A DNA stretch of 64,000 nt from an uncultured Chloroflexia bacterium (GTDB taxonomy: Bacteria > Chloroflexota > Limnocylindria > Limnocylindrales > CSP1-4): assembly GCA_963715245.1 (NCBI GenBank), contig CAVQRM010000001.1:1051797-1115796 (forward strand), in the 5' to 3' direction. Below, in pieces: positions 20,019 through 29,574 of the stretch. A program made the translations under genes and the position numbers. Within the stretch, counting starts at the first letter, position 1. Each line of letters begins with the position of its first letter. The notes below the pieces were generated by a model, which saw only the letters and a program-made list of their open reading frames with translations, had not been told where the DNA came from and searched no databases.

Positions 20019-21035
20019 ATGGGACTCGGTTTCGGACTCCTCAGCGCGCAGCTCCGGCCCGGCGAGACCGACTGGACGCGTGCCTACGACGAGACGGTCG
20101 CGCTCGCCGTCGAGGCCGAGCGGCTCGGCTTCACGTCCGTCTGGACCACCGAGCACCACTTCGTCGACGACGGGTACATGCCCTCGCTGCTCGTCGTCGG
20201 CGCGGCGCTCGCGCAGGCGACCTCGCGGATCGAGCTGGGCACGGGGGTCATCCTCGCACCGATGCACCATCCCCTCCGCCTGGCGGAGGACGCGGCGACC
20301 GTCCAGCTCCTGAGCCACGGCCGGCTGCTCCTTGGCCTGGGCCTCGGCTGGTCCGAGGTCGAGTACCAGGGGCTCGGCGCCGACGCGCGACGCCGCGGAG
20401 CGGCGATGGACGAGATCCTCCGGATCCTGCCGCAGGCCTGGAGCGGCGAGCCGTTCACCCACGAGGGCCCGATCTACGACCTTCCGACGCTCGGCGTCCG
20501 GCCGGCACCGCCGACGCGGATCCCGATCCTGGTCGGCGGCGGCGCGGAGCCCGCGATCCGCCGGGCAACCCGCCTCGCCGACGGAATCTTCGCGAACGCC
20601 CCGGTGGCGAGGTTCGTCGAACAGGTGGGCTGGGTGCTCGACGAGTGCGAGCGCATCGGCCGCGACCCGGCGACGTTCCGGTTCATCCACTACTCCGTGC
20701 TCCTGCCCGGCCCGTCGCGCGACGAGGCGCTGTCCCGCTATCGCGACGTCCTGTGGGCGATGCAGTGGAAGTACTCGGACATGGAGGCGTCGGCGAGCCG
20801 ACCGCTCCCGGCGGCGTCACCGCCGGCGTTCACCGGCTCAGGCGAGGACCTCGTGAAGGGTCGGGCGACCTTCGCCGGCACGGCGGACGAGCTCGTCGAG
20901 GCGCTGCTCGACATTCGCGAGCAGGCGGGCGTGCCCGTCGAGTTCGTGGCCCGGAGCCACTTCCCGCTCCTTGAGCTCGGCGCCCAGGTCGACCTGATGG
21001 CGCAGCTCGCCGAGGGTGTCGCCCCACGCGTGTGA
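20019..21035 (+). CDS. LLM-class flavin-dependent oxidoreductase
   Basis: AERLGFTSVWTTEHHFVDDGYMPS, ATSRIELGTGV, HPLRLAEDAA, GRLLLGLGLGW. Confidence 0.9.
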   Translation: MGLGFGLLSAQLRPGETDWTRAYDETVALAVEAERLGFTSVWTTEHHFVDDGYMPSLLVVGAALAQATSRIELGTGVILAPMHHPLRLAEDAATVQLLSHGRLLLGLGLGWSEVEYQGLGADARRRGAAMDEILRILPQAWSGEPFTHEGPIYDLPTLGVRPAPPTRIPILVGGGAEPAIRRATRLADGIFANAPVARFVEQVGWVLDECERIGRDPATFRFIHYSVLLPGPSRDEALSRYRDVLWAMQWKYSDMEASASRPLPAASPPAFTGSGEDLVKGRATFAGTADELVEALLDIREQAGVPVEFVARSHFPLLELGAQVDLMAQLAEGVAPRV

Positions 21036-21110
21036 GACGACGTCGCTCGCCGCTGCCGTGGTACTGCGAGTCGGGCAGATCGCTGCCAGGTCCCGGTACG
21101 GGTCCCCGAC

Positions 21111-24100
21111 TCAGTCGCCCCGCCCGGCCGAGAGCCTGGCGGCGTTGACCGTCACGGTCACCCGGCGGTACGTGCCACGACGGCCGGCGATGGCGGCAGT
21201 TGCCTCGCGGCTCAGCTCCATCCCGTCCACGATCTCGACTCCACCGTCCGAGTGATCGAGGCGGATCGACGGGTGGTCGCCAAGCTGGTAGCACACCGGC
21301 ACCTGGCAGCAGGTGAAGGCCAGGCTGGCCGCCGGCAGCTCCCAGGTGTCAAACGTCCCGTCGAGGCCCAGGCTCGTGAAGCGGTAGGGGATGTCGAGGA
21401 ACTCGTCACGGTGGAGCAGCCTCGGATCGAAGCGGAGCCGGCCGTCCCGTGCCTCGACGCCCAACTCGCCGAAGCGGATGAGGATGTCCTCCTTCGCCTG
21501 GCCGGTCATGCCGGGCTGCTGCGCGCCGCGGTGGCGCGGCGAGTGGGAGTGCGGATCCACGGGGAAGGCGCCGAACACCTCCGGCGTCTTGCGTGAGCCA
21601 AGACCCTCCCTCGCCTCGTCGTAGAAGCGGGCGAGGTCGGCGGCGATCTCCGGATCCCGGGCACGCAGACAGGATGCCTGCACCGTCAGCAGGAACTTCG
21701 AGCTCATGTGCCAGAACACGCTGCCGAGCCCTTCGAACATGAAGAAGCGGTCGCTCCGACCCGTGAACTCGTGGTGGGCGAACGTCGTCCGCCAGAGGTC
21801 CAGCACGGCATCGCGGGTCGCCGCGTCGACGCCGATGCGCTTGAGCTGGGCCTCCACGTCCCCACGCGTGCTCAGGTCGGCGTCAAAGTGCCAGCGGCCG
21901 TGCCGGTCCAACACGAACAACCGCTCGCTGCCGGCGGGCGGCGCGCCGTCGAGCGTGTTCCGCTCGAGGAATGGCGTGAGCTCCCGGTCCGGGTAGAGCA
22001 GGAACGTGCGCAGGTCGTCTCGCCACAGGTCGCTCTGGCGCAGCGCGCGCAGGAGGCCGAGTGCTTCGTCGTCGTCAAGAATGCCCGATTCCAGCACCGA
22101 CACCTGGCCTTCCAGCATGGGGCTCAGCCGGTCGATGGCTGCCCGGCTGTCCTCCACGCGCAGCACGTTGTAGCTGTGGTACAGCCCGTCCGGGCGGCGG
22201 TTCGCGCGGATCGTGCGATCCACGACCGGGCCTGCGGCCTCGAGCAGGGCGCGCGCGGTGGAGAGCGGCATCGAGACGAGGTCGCCGAGGTCCCCCGCAT
22301 GGACGGCCGATCGATGCTCCTCGCCGGCCTCCCCGAGCGCGGACATGAGGGCGAGCCGACGCGCATCGTCGATCTCGCCGGGAACCTCGCGGAGGATCGC
22401 CGTCACGCGCTCCACCAGGCGCACCACGGACGCCGAAACCGGCGCGGCGCCGGCGGTGGGGACCACGTCCGACAGCAGCTGCAGGTAGCGACGCATCGCC
22501 GCCACGGTCACCACGGACAGGCCCCAGCCGGCGAGGGCGTTGTTCGCGTCGTTCCACTCCGGGCGCTGGGTGTTGAGCCAGATGCCGCCATCGGGAACGA
22601 GGTTGGTGAGCTTCGTCAGCAGGGGGACGAGCAGCTTCTCGCACAGCGAGACGAGCCGGACCTCGCCCTGGTCGTCCGCCAGGAGCTTGCCGTCCGCGCC
22701 CAGGTCGCGGGCGCGGCCCACGAGCGCCCGGTGCAGGGACTTGTCGAACGCGATCGACTCGCGCGGGTCGTCGAGCAGCTCCCGGAAGCCGTCGATCCGG
22801 TACGGGACCCGGGTGTAGGCATACCCGAGCTCACCAAGCCCGGCGGCGAGGTGCCCGGGCTGCCAGCGCTCGAGGCTCTCGAGGAGCCGGTTCAGGTAGA
22901 CAACCTGGTGATCGCCCCAGTACCCGATGTGGCTCCATGGGTCACGCTCGTCGGGCACCTCCCAGTCGCCGCCGTCGCGCGTGATTCGATAGGGGTTGTA
23001 GCCGTCTGCGGTGCTGGCGTCCAGGAACACGGCAATGAACTGCGGCAGATAGCCGGGGTAGCTCCGGCCCAGCGCCTCCCAGTTCTGGAAGATGTCCCGC
23101 CAGTTGCCCTCGTAGCCGAACGCCGGTCGTCCGAGCTCGTCCTTGAGCCGGATGTTGAAGCGATTCCACGGCCGGCTCGGGTCCCCGTGCCGGCGGCTGA
23201 AGGTGAGCGGCAGGTACGTACGCAGCAGCCTCGAGAGCTGCGCATCGTCACGGTCGGCGGCCGCGCGCTGCAGCTCGTCGATCGGGACGGACGTCGGGAG
23301 CCCGGCAAGCCAGTCCGCATGGCGCTTGTAGACGGTGCGGTTGTGGCGCCGGAGGTGGTCGGCGACGTCTGCGACGGGCGCATCGTACGTGCCGTCGAAG
23401 GTCCCGCCCCGCATCGCGTTGTACAGGACGCTCGCGACGTGATGGGCGGTGGCAGCCTCGTCGGCCGTCTGCTGGAGGGCGTCGCCGCTGGCGACGCGCC
23501 GGAGGATCCCGGCCCGGCTCTCGTCGAGCGCGGCCCGCAGGTCGCGGGCAAGCTCGTCGGGGGCGTCGAAGCGGTCGCGAAGGTCCACCAGCGCTGCGTG
23601 GTCGAGGCCGGTGTCCGCGACGGTCGACCAGCCGATCCGTGAGCCGCCGTCGAGGTGGGCCTGATCCGCCACCAGGTAGGCGCCCAGCTCGCCGCGAACC
23701 TCGGCCTCGGGCCGGACAGGGGCGCCGCTGCGGAACGCGTCCGCCTGGCGGTCGCTCAGCAGGATGACCGGGTCCGCGTGGCCGACCGTCCAGGCGGCCG
23801 CGGCGCGGAGCGACTCGGAGGGCTCCGGACGATCCGAGATCGCCGCGTTGAGGGTGAAGATCCCGAGCGGCGTCCCCGGGACCAGCTCGTGGCGCATGTA
23901 GGCCGCGGCGAGGTAGCTGAGACGCGCGTAGACCTCCTGGGACACGCCAGGCGGGATCAGGTGGTGCCACCCGTCGAGATAGCGGATCTCGGCGGGCGCG
24001 TCCCGCAGGTTCTCGAGCTCGACATCGCGCACGAGACCGAAGCGATCACAGGCAGCGAGGGTCGCCCGGAACCGCAGGCCAAGGTCGTGGTTGATCTCCT

Positions 24101-24512
24101 CATACACGAGGCTCGTCCCGAGGATGCTCTTGTACAGGTTGCGGGTCACCGCGTACGCCCGGTCGCCGTCCCCCCACGGCTGCCAGAGCGAGGTGATCCC
24201 GTCGCGGGTCACCAGCAGGATCGTGCGTGCCCCGCTCGTGTCGGCGTGCTCGAGGATCTTGTCCACCGTCTGGTACGGGAACATCGCCAGGTCGGCGTTC
24301 CTGCGACCTGCGGTGAACGGCCCGTTCGAGCCCGCAAACAGCCACAGGTCGCCATCGCTGACCACGTTCATCAGGAACGGCGCCATGCCGTCCACGTTGA
24401 GGATGCGGGCGCAGCGCTCGCCGCCGATCGTCGCGAACCCGCCCTCGACGGCTTCGTCGACCGCGTGGAGAACGGCATCCCCGAGGTGGATCTCGGGGTC
24501 GGTGATGATCAC
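21111..24512 (-). CDS. GH149-family beta-1,3-glucan phosphorylase
   Basis: 1133 aa; motifs I recognise as GH149: YLPLTFSRRHGDPSRPWNRF, YEGNWRDIFQNWEAL, TADGYNPYRI, IGYWGDHQ, GIWLNTQRPEWNDANNAL, EGLGS..WHM, GAQQPGMTGQ; lies next to two GH16 genes. Confidence 0.82.
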   Translation of the reverse strand: MIITDPEIHLGDAVLHAVDEAVEGGFATIGGERCARILNVDGMAPFLMNVVSDGDLWLFAGSNGPFTAGRRNADLAMFPYQTVDKILEHADTSGARTILLVTRDGITSLWQPWGDGDRAYAVTRNLYKSILGTSLVYEEINHDLGLRFRATLAACDRFGLVRDVELENLRDAPAEIRYLDGWHHLIPPGVSQEVYARLSYLAAAYMRHELVPGTPLGIFTLNAAISDRPEPSESLRAAAAWTVGHADPVILLSDRQADAFRSGAPVRPEAEVRGELGAYLVADQAHLDGGSRIGWSTVADTGLDHAALVDLRDRFDAPDELARDLRAALDESRAGILRRVASGDALQQTADEAATAHHVASVLYNAMRGGTFDGTYDAPVADVADHLRRHNRTVYKRHADWLAGLPTSVPIDELQRAAADRDDAQLSRLLRTYLPLTFSRRHGDPSRPWNRFNIRLKDELGRPAFGYEGNWRDIFQNWEALGRSYPGYLPQFIAVFLDASTADGYNPYRITRDGGDWEVPDERDPWSHIGYWGDHQVVYLNRLLESLERWQPGHLAAGLGELGYAYTRVPYRIDGFRELLDDPRESIAFDKSLHRALVGRARDLGADGKLLADDQGEVRLVSLCEKLLVPLLTKLTNLVPDGGIWLNTQRPEWNDANNALAGWGLSVVTVAAMRRYLQLLSDVVPTAGAAPVSASVVRLVERVTAILREVPGEIDDARRLALMSALGEAGEEHRSAVHAGDLGDLVSMPLSTARALLEAAGPVVDRTIRANRRPDGLYHSYNVLRVEDSRAAIDRLSPMLEGQVSVLESGILDDDEALGLLRALRQSDLWRDDLRTFLLYPDRELTPFLERNTLDGAPPAGSERLFVLDRHGRWHFDADLSTRGDVEAQLKRIGVDAATRDAVLDLWRTTFAHHEFTGRSDRFFMFEGLGSVFWHMSSKFLLTVQASCLRARDPEIAADLARFYDEAREGLGSRKTPEVFGAFPVDPHSHSPRHRGAQQPGMTGQAKEDILIRFGELGVEARDGRLRFDPRLLHRDEFLDIPYRFTSLGLDGTFDTWELPAASLAFTCCQVPVCYQLGDHPSIRLDHSDGGVEIVDGMELSREATAAIAGRRGTYRRVTVTVNAARLSAGRGD

Positions 24513-24572
24513 GCGTCCAACTCCTGGTGCTGTCTCCCGTCGTCGACGCCGGCGGGCTGCACCGCCAGCGAG

Positions 24573-24609
24573 ACCCGCGAGTGGTCCGGACGGGCGGCCA
24601 CTCGCGGGT
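24573..24609. terminator. Intergenic stem-loop between the large GH16 gene and GH149
   Basis: ACCCGCGAGTGG...CCACTCGCGGGT, 12-bp inverted repeat. Confidence 0.55.
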
Positions 24610-24668
24610 TTCCGGTCGTCTACGGCGCCTCGTCGGCGTCGTCGGCCGGCTTGCGACCGAACGTGTGG

Positions 24669-27600
24669 TCAGCCGCCCCCGAACGCCACGTCGTCGAAGT
24701 AGTAGGTCTTGGCGCCCGCGGTGGCCCCGGTCACCCCGAAGTTGAAGAAGATCGACGCCTTGTTGTAGGTGTAGGCCAGGTTGAGCGCGGCGGTGCCGGC
24801 GGCCTGGTTGGCGAAGTTGAAGGTCAGCGTCTGCCAGCCGGCAGCCGTGGTCACCGTGGCCTCGGTCTCGACCGACTTGGTCGGGTCCGCGGCGTCCTCC
24901 ACCTTGAGCCGGACCTGGATGCCCGCGTCGGGCGACCAGACCCGCACCGTCATCGTCGTCGCCGACGCGGTGAACGGGATCGCGGGGACCGAGAAGTTCG
25001 GGCCGGTGGACACCGTGGTCCCGGCCCACAGCTCGGCCGTGGCCGACTTGAGGACCCTCGCGACCTTGTTGGCGGCATTGGTGGGATCGGCCACGACGGT
25101 CGAGTCGTCGGCCCCGCCGAAGCCGGTCAGGGTGTACGTGACCGCGGCATCGTCGAAGGTGATCGTGTCCCAGCCGGTCGGCGGCGGGGGCGGGGCGCCG
25201 CCCCCGAACGCCACGTCGTCGAAGTAGTAGGTCTTGGCGCCCGCGGTGGCCCCGGTCACCCCGAAGTTGAAGAAGATCGACGCCTTGTTGTAGGTGTAGG
25301 CCAGGTTGAGCGCGGCGGTGCCGGCGGCCTGGTTGGCGAAGTTGAAGGTCAGCGTCTGCCAGCCGGCAGCCGTGGTCACCGTGGCCTCGGTCTCGACCGA
25401 CTTGGTCGGGTCCGCGGCGTCCTCCACCTTGAGCCGGACCTGGATGCCCGCGTCGGGCGACCAGACCCGCACCGTCATCGTCGTCGCCGACGCGGTGAAC
25501 GGGATCGCGGGGACCGAGAAGTTCGGGCCGGTGGACACCGTGGTCCCGGCCCACAGCTCGGCCGTGGCCGACTTGAGGACCCTCGCGACCTTGTTGGCGG
25601 CATTGGTGGGATCGGCCACGACGGTCGAGTCGTCGGCCCCGCCGAAGCCGGTCAGGGTGTACGTGACCGCGGCATCGTCGAAGGTGATCGTGTCCCAGCC
25701 GGTCGGCGGCGGGGGCGGGGTGCCGCCCCCGAACGCCACGTCGTCGAAGTAGTAGGTCTTGGCGCCCGCGGTGGCCCCGGTCACCCCGAAGTTGAAGAAG
25801 ATCGACGCCTTGTTGTAGGTGTAGGCCAGGTTGAGCGCGGCGGTGCCGGCGGCCTGGTTGGCGAAGTTGAAGGTCAGCGTCTGCCAGCCGGCAGCCGTGG
25901 TCACCGTGGCCTCGGTCTCGACCGACTTGGTCGGGTCCGCGGCGTCCTCCACCTTGAGCCGGACCTGGATGCCCGCGTCGGGCGACCAGACCCGCACCGT
26001 CATCGTCGTCGCCGACGCGGTGAACGGGATCGCGGGGACCGAGAAGTTCGGGCCGGTGGACACCGTGGTCCCGGCCCACAGCTCGGCCGTGGCCGACTTG
26101 AGGACCCTCGCGACCTTGTTGGCGGCATTGGTGGGATCGGCCACGACGGTCGAGTCGTCGGCCCCGCCGAAGCCGGTCAGGGTGTACGTGACCGCGGCAT
26201 CGTCGAAGGTGATCGTGTCCCAGCCGGTCGGCGGCGGGGGCGGGCGCGCCCTCAAGGCGGACCTGGTCGAGCAGGACCGGGCCACGGGCGCCCTTCGGCA
26301 CCTCGAAGCCCAGGCTTCGAACGGCGGTGAGATCCGGCGACGCTCCCGTCGCCCCCTCGAAGGCCGACAGCGGGATGGTGATCTTCTGCCAGCCCGTGAA
26401 GGAGTCGGTGAACGTCGCGCTGAACGTGGCCGGGCTCGGTGCAGGCTGGTACAGGCGGACGTAGTCGACCAGGGTCTGGTTCGGGAAGGCCGTCGCAGGA
26501 TCGACGGTGCCGCCGAAGTTGCCGCCGACGGCCACGTTGAGCAGCAGGTAGAAGGGGTGGTTGAAGACCCACTCCTTGCCCTGCAGGAAGGCATCCGAGG
26601 GAGTGGCGGTGAAGTACGGGACGTTGTCGAGATACCAGACGATCCGGTCCGGCTGCCACTCGACTGCGTAGGTGTGGTAGGTGTCGGCGACCGGCCGGCC
26701 CAGGTCGACGACCTTGCCGTAGCTCGCCCCGCCGGAGTACCCGGGGCCATGCAGGGTGCCGAACACCTGGTCGGGCGCTCGCCCCACGTGCTCCATGACG
26801 TCGATCTCGCCCGTCTGCGGCCAGCCGACCCGGTCGATGTCGGTGCCGAGCATCCAGAACGCGGGCCACAGGCCGGCGCCCGTCGGCACCTTGACGCGGG
26901 CCTCGACCCGGCCGTAGGCCACCTCGAACCGGTCCTTGGTCACCAACCGCGCCGAGGTGTACTTGCACGGGCCGTAGGAGCATTGCAGCGATCCGTCGGC
27001 GGCCTTGGTGGTGATCACCAGGTTGCCCTTGCCGTCGGTGGCGGCGTTGGTGCCGCCCTCGGTGTAGTACTGAAGCTCGTCGTTGCCCCAGCCCGGGATG
27101 CCGTAGGCGGTGCCGTCGCCGACCTGGTTGGCCCAGCTGCTCGTGTCCGGTGCCGCGCCACGCTTGGTGTCGAACTCGTCGCTCCACGCCAGCTGCCATT
27201 GCGCGGCCGGGATGCCGGACCCGGCTTCGTCGTTGGCGAGGTTCACGGTGATGTCCGTGCCCTCGTTCCGGCCGTAGTACCAGAAGCTCAGATCGGTGGG
27301 GTTGCTCCAGTCCTGTGCGATCGGGAAGGTGCGGTCGAACGAGTAGGGGCCCTTCTTCGTCGTCTGATCGCCGACCTGCAGGACGTGCTCCCAGTCGCCC
27401 TGGCCGGGCAGGGCCATGGCGCTGCCGGACGCGAACTCGGGGTTGGCCAGCTTCGTCTTGTTGCCGGCCCCCCAGAGGTAGGGGAATGTCTCGAAGTCGT
27501 CGAGCAGGGTTGCGTCGTACAGCTCGTCGTCGAGGATGTTGACGCGCGCGATCGGCGGCAGCCCCATCGCCGCGCCGCCGGTCGGGTTGGACAGCTCGAC

Positions 27601-28551
27601 GAGCACACTGCGCTCACCCTGGTGCTTGCCGTCGTCGATCGTCTGCACGGTGAACGACTGCTGGGTGACGTTGGACGGGAAGGTCAGGGTGCCCGAGATC
27701 GGTTCCACGTAGTCACGGTTCGCGGTCGCGGTCCCGATCGTGGACGCGTACTCGACCGTCACAGGGCTGCTCGAGGGCTTGCTGAGCTTGGCGGTCATCG
27801 TTGCGATGGCGCCCTCGGTCACGTTGTAGTTGAGCGTGCTGAAGCCGACGGTCAGGGGCCTGACCGGGGCCACACCGTAGACCGCCGCGTCATCGACGTA
27901 GTAGGTCTGCGGGGCAGGCGTCGTGATCGTGCCCAGGGCCCAGCCGTGCACCTCGGTCAGGCCGAAGCCGTCGTTGGGCGCGCCGTTGCCGATCTCCTTG
28001 CGGGACAGGCTCGCGAACGGGATCTCGATCTTCTGCCAGCCGCTGAAGTTGTCCGGGAAGCTGGTCGACCAGCGCTCGGCGTCGTCCTTGATCGAGCCGG
28101 GGTTGCGGTTGTCGAGCACGTCCACGAACAGGGTCGTGCCGCTGTTGTTGCCATGCAGCCAGAAGGAGATCCCCGCGTAGGCGCTCCAGTCCTGGGTGAC
28201 CCACGCGTTGACCGCGCCGTTCTCGAAGGCGTGGGCGAAGCCCGCGAAGGAGATGACGTTGAGATCCAGCTTGAGCACGTTGTTGCCGCTCGAGGCGCCG
28301 GGCCGGGAGTCGGCCGGGGCGCCCGATGTCGTTGCGATGGCGACGCTGGTGGCCGGGTTCGGGTCCTCGAACGTGTTGAACCCGATCGCGACCCCGTTGG
28401 GGTCGACGCCGGCCGGGAGCCCGGCCTCGAAGTCGTCGACGATCGGGAGCGTCGCCGCGAGCACCGGGCTCGCGGGTGGGACGAGACCCGCACCGATCAC
28501 GACGGCCGCCAGGCCTGCGACCAATAGGGATCTGATCGTGCGCGGTGTCAT
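24669..28551 (-). CDS. Secreted multimodular GH16 endo-beta-1,3-glucanase (CBM11-like, Calx-beta, GH16 inside a split CBM11-like module, 3x CBM-like repeat); one frameshift near 26245
   Basis: GAGGAGG RBS; signal peptide MTPRTIRSLLVAG; GH16 WSDEF, WGNDELQYY, GLWPAFWMLG, WPQTGEIDVMEHVG; removing one base near 26245 restores the GGCGCCCCGCCC linker seen between the repeats. Confidence 0.88.
24672..26244. repeat. Three tandem 525-bp repeats (175 aa each), essentially identical
   Basis: Units start at 24672, 25197 and 25722; the only internal difference I found is C25196 vs T25721 in the Pro-rich linker. Confidence 0.95.
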
Positions 28552-28583
28552 CCGGACCTCCTCGAGTGGGTGGCTTCCTCGGG

Positions 28584-29574
28584 TCATGGCGCGGTCGCCT
28601 TGTACAGGCGCACGTAGTCGACCGCCATCGGGTTCGGGAATTCCCTGTCGCCTCGGACCGGACCGCCCAGGTTCCCACCGACCGCGACGTTGAGGATCAT
28701 GAAGAACGGCTGGTCGAAGACCCAGTCGTTCGGGGCGACGTCGGCCGGCGTGGCCTCGTGGTACTTCACGCCGTCGAGGTACCAGGCGATGCGGCCGGGA
28801 CTCCAGTCGATGGCGAAGACATGGAAGTCGTCCGCCACCGGCGTGCCGAGATCGACGCTGACCCCGAAGCTGCTGCTGCCCGAGTACCCGGGACCGTGGA
28901 TCGTGCCCGTGATCTCGGTCGGGCGTCGGCCCACGAACTCCATCACGTCGATCTCGCCGCAGGCCGGCCAGGGCGTGGCATCGATGTTCGTGCCGAGCAG
29001 CCAGAAGGCCGGCCACAGCCCGAAGTCGCCGGGCACCCTGATGCGCGCCTCGAGGCGCCCGTACTCGATCTCGAACCGGCCCTTCGTCTGGATCCGTGCG
29101 GACGTGTGCTCGCACGGGCCGTACCAGCAGGTCTGGGATCCGTCGCCGGGGCGAACAGTGATCAGCAGGTTGCCCTCGCCGTCGGTGGCAACGTTCTCCG
29201 GCCGGTCCGTGTAGGACTGGCGCTCCTGGTTGCCCCAGCCCTGGAGCCCCACCGCACTGCCGTCGCCGACGTCGTATCCCCACGTTGCCGGATCGGGCGG
29301 AGACCCCGCCGGCCCGTCGAACTCGTCACTCCAGGCGAGCTCCCACGCCGCCGGGTCGATGCTCGCCGGGGCGGTCGGGAGCACGCTCGGGACCTGCGTC
29401 GGCGAGGCCGATGCCGAGGGCAGGGCGGTCTGATCGGACACGCTGGGCGACAGCGCCGCCTGCGTCCGTCGCGGCCGGCAGGGGATCGGGGGTGCCGGAT
29501 GAACCACAGGCGCTCACGAGGCCCACCACGAGTGCGGCCAGGATGAGCCGGGTGCCCACGGACGGTTCACGCAC
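28584..29574 (-). CDS. GH16 beta-1,3-glucanase lipoprotein, frameshifted near 29470
   Basis: Lipobox LVSAC in the 29326..29574 frame; Ser/Pro linker; WSDEF, GLWPAFWLLG, WPACGEIDVMEFVG, ILNVAVGG. Confidence 0.88.

Noticed and set aside
24672-26244. Possible CRISPR array or mobile-element repeats
   Set aside because: Units are 525 bp, in-frame coding, without spacers; no cas or transposase genes are present
24100-29283. 1727-aa ORF with an Arg/Gly-rich repeated tail; programmed frameshift at 26245
   Set aside because: The tail is the off-frame reading of the CBM repeats and would run into GH149; there is no slippery heptamer or nearby stop, and one extra base explains it
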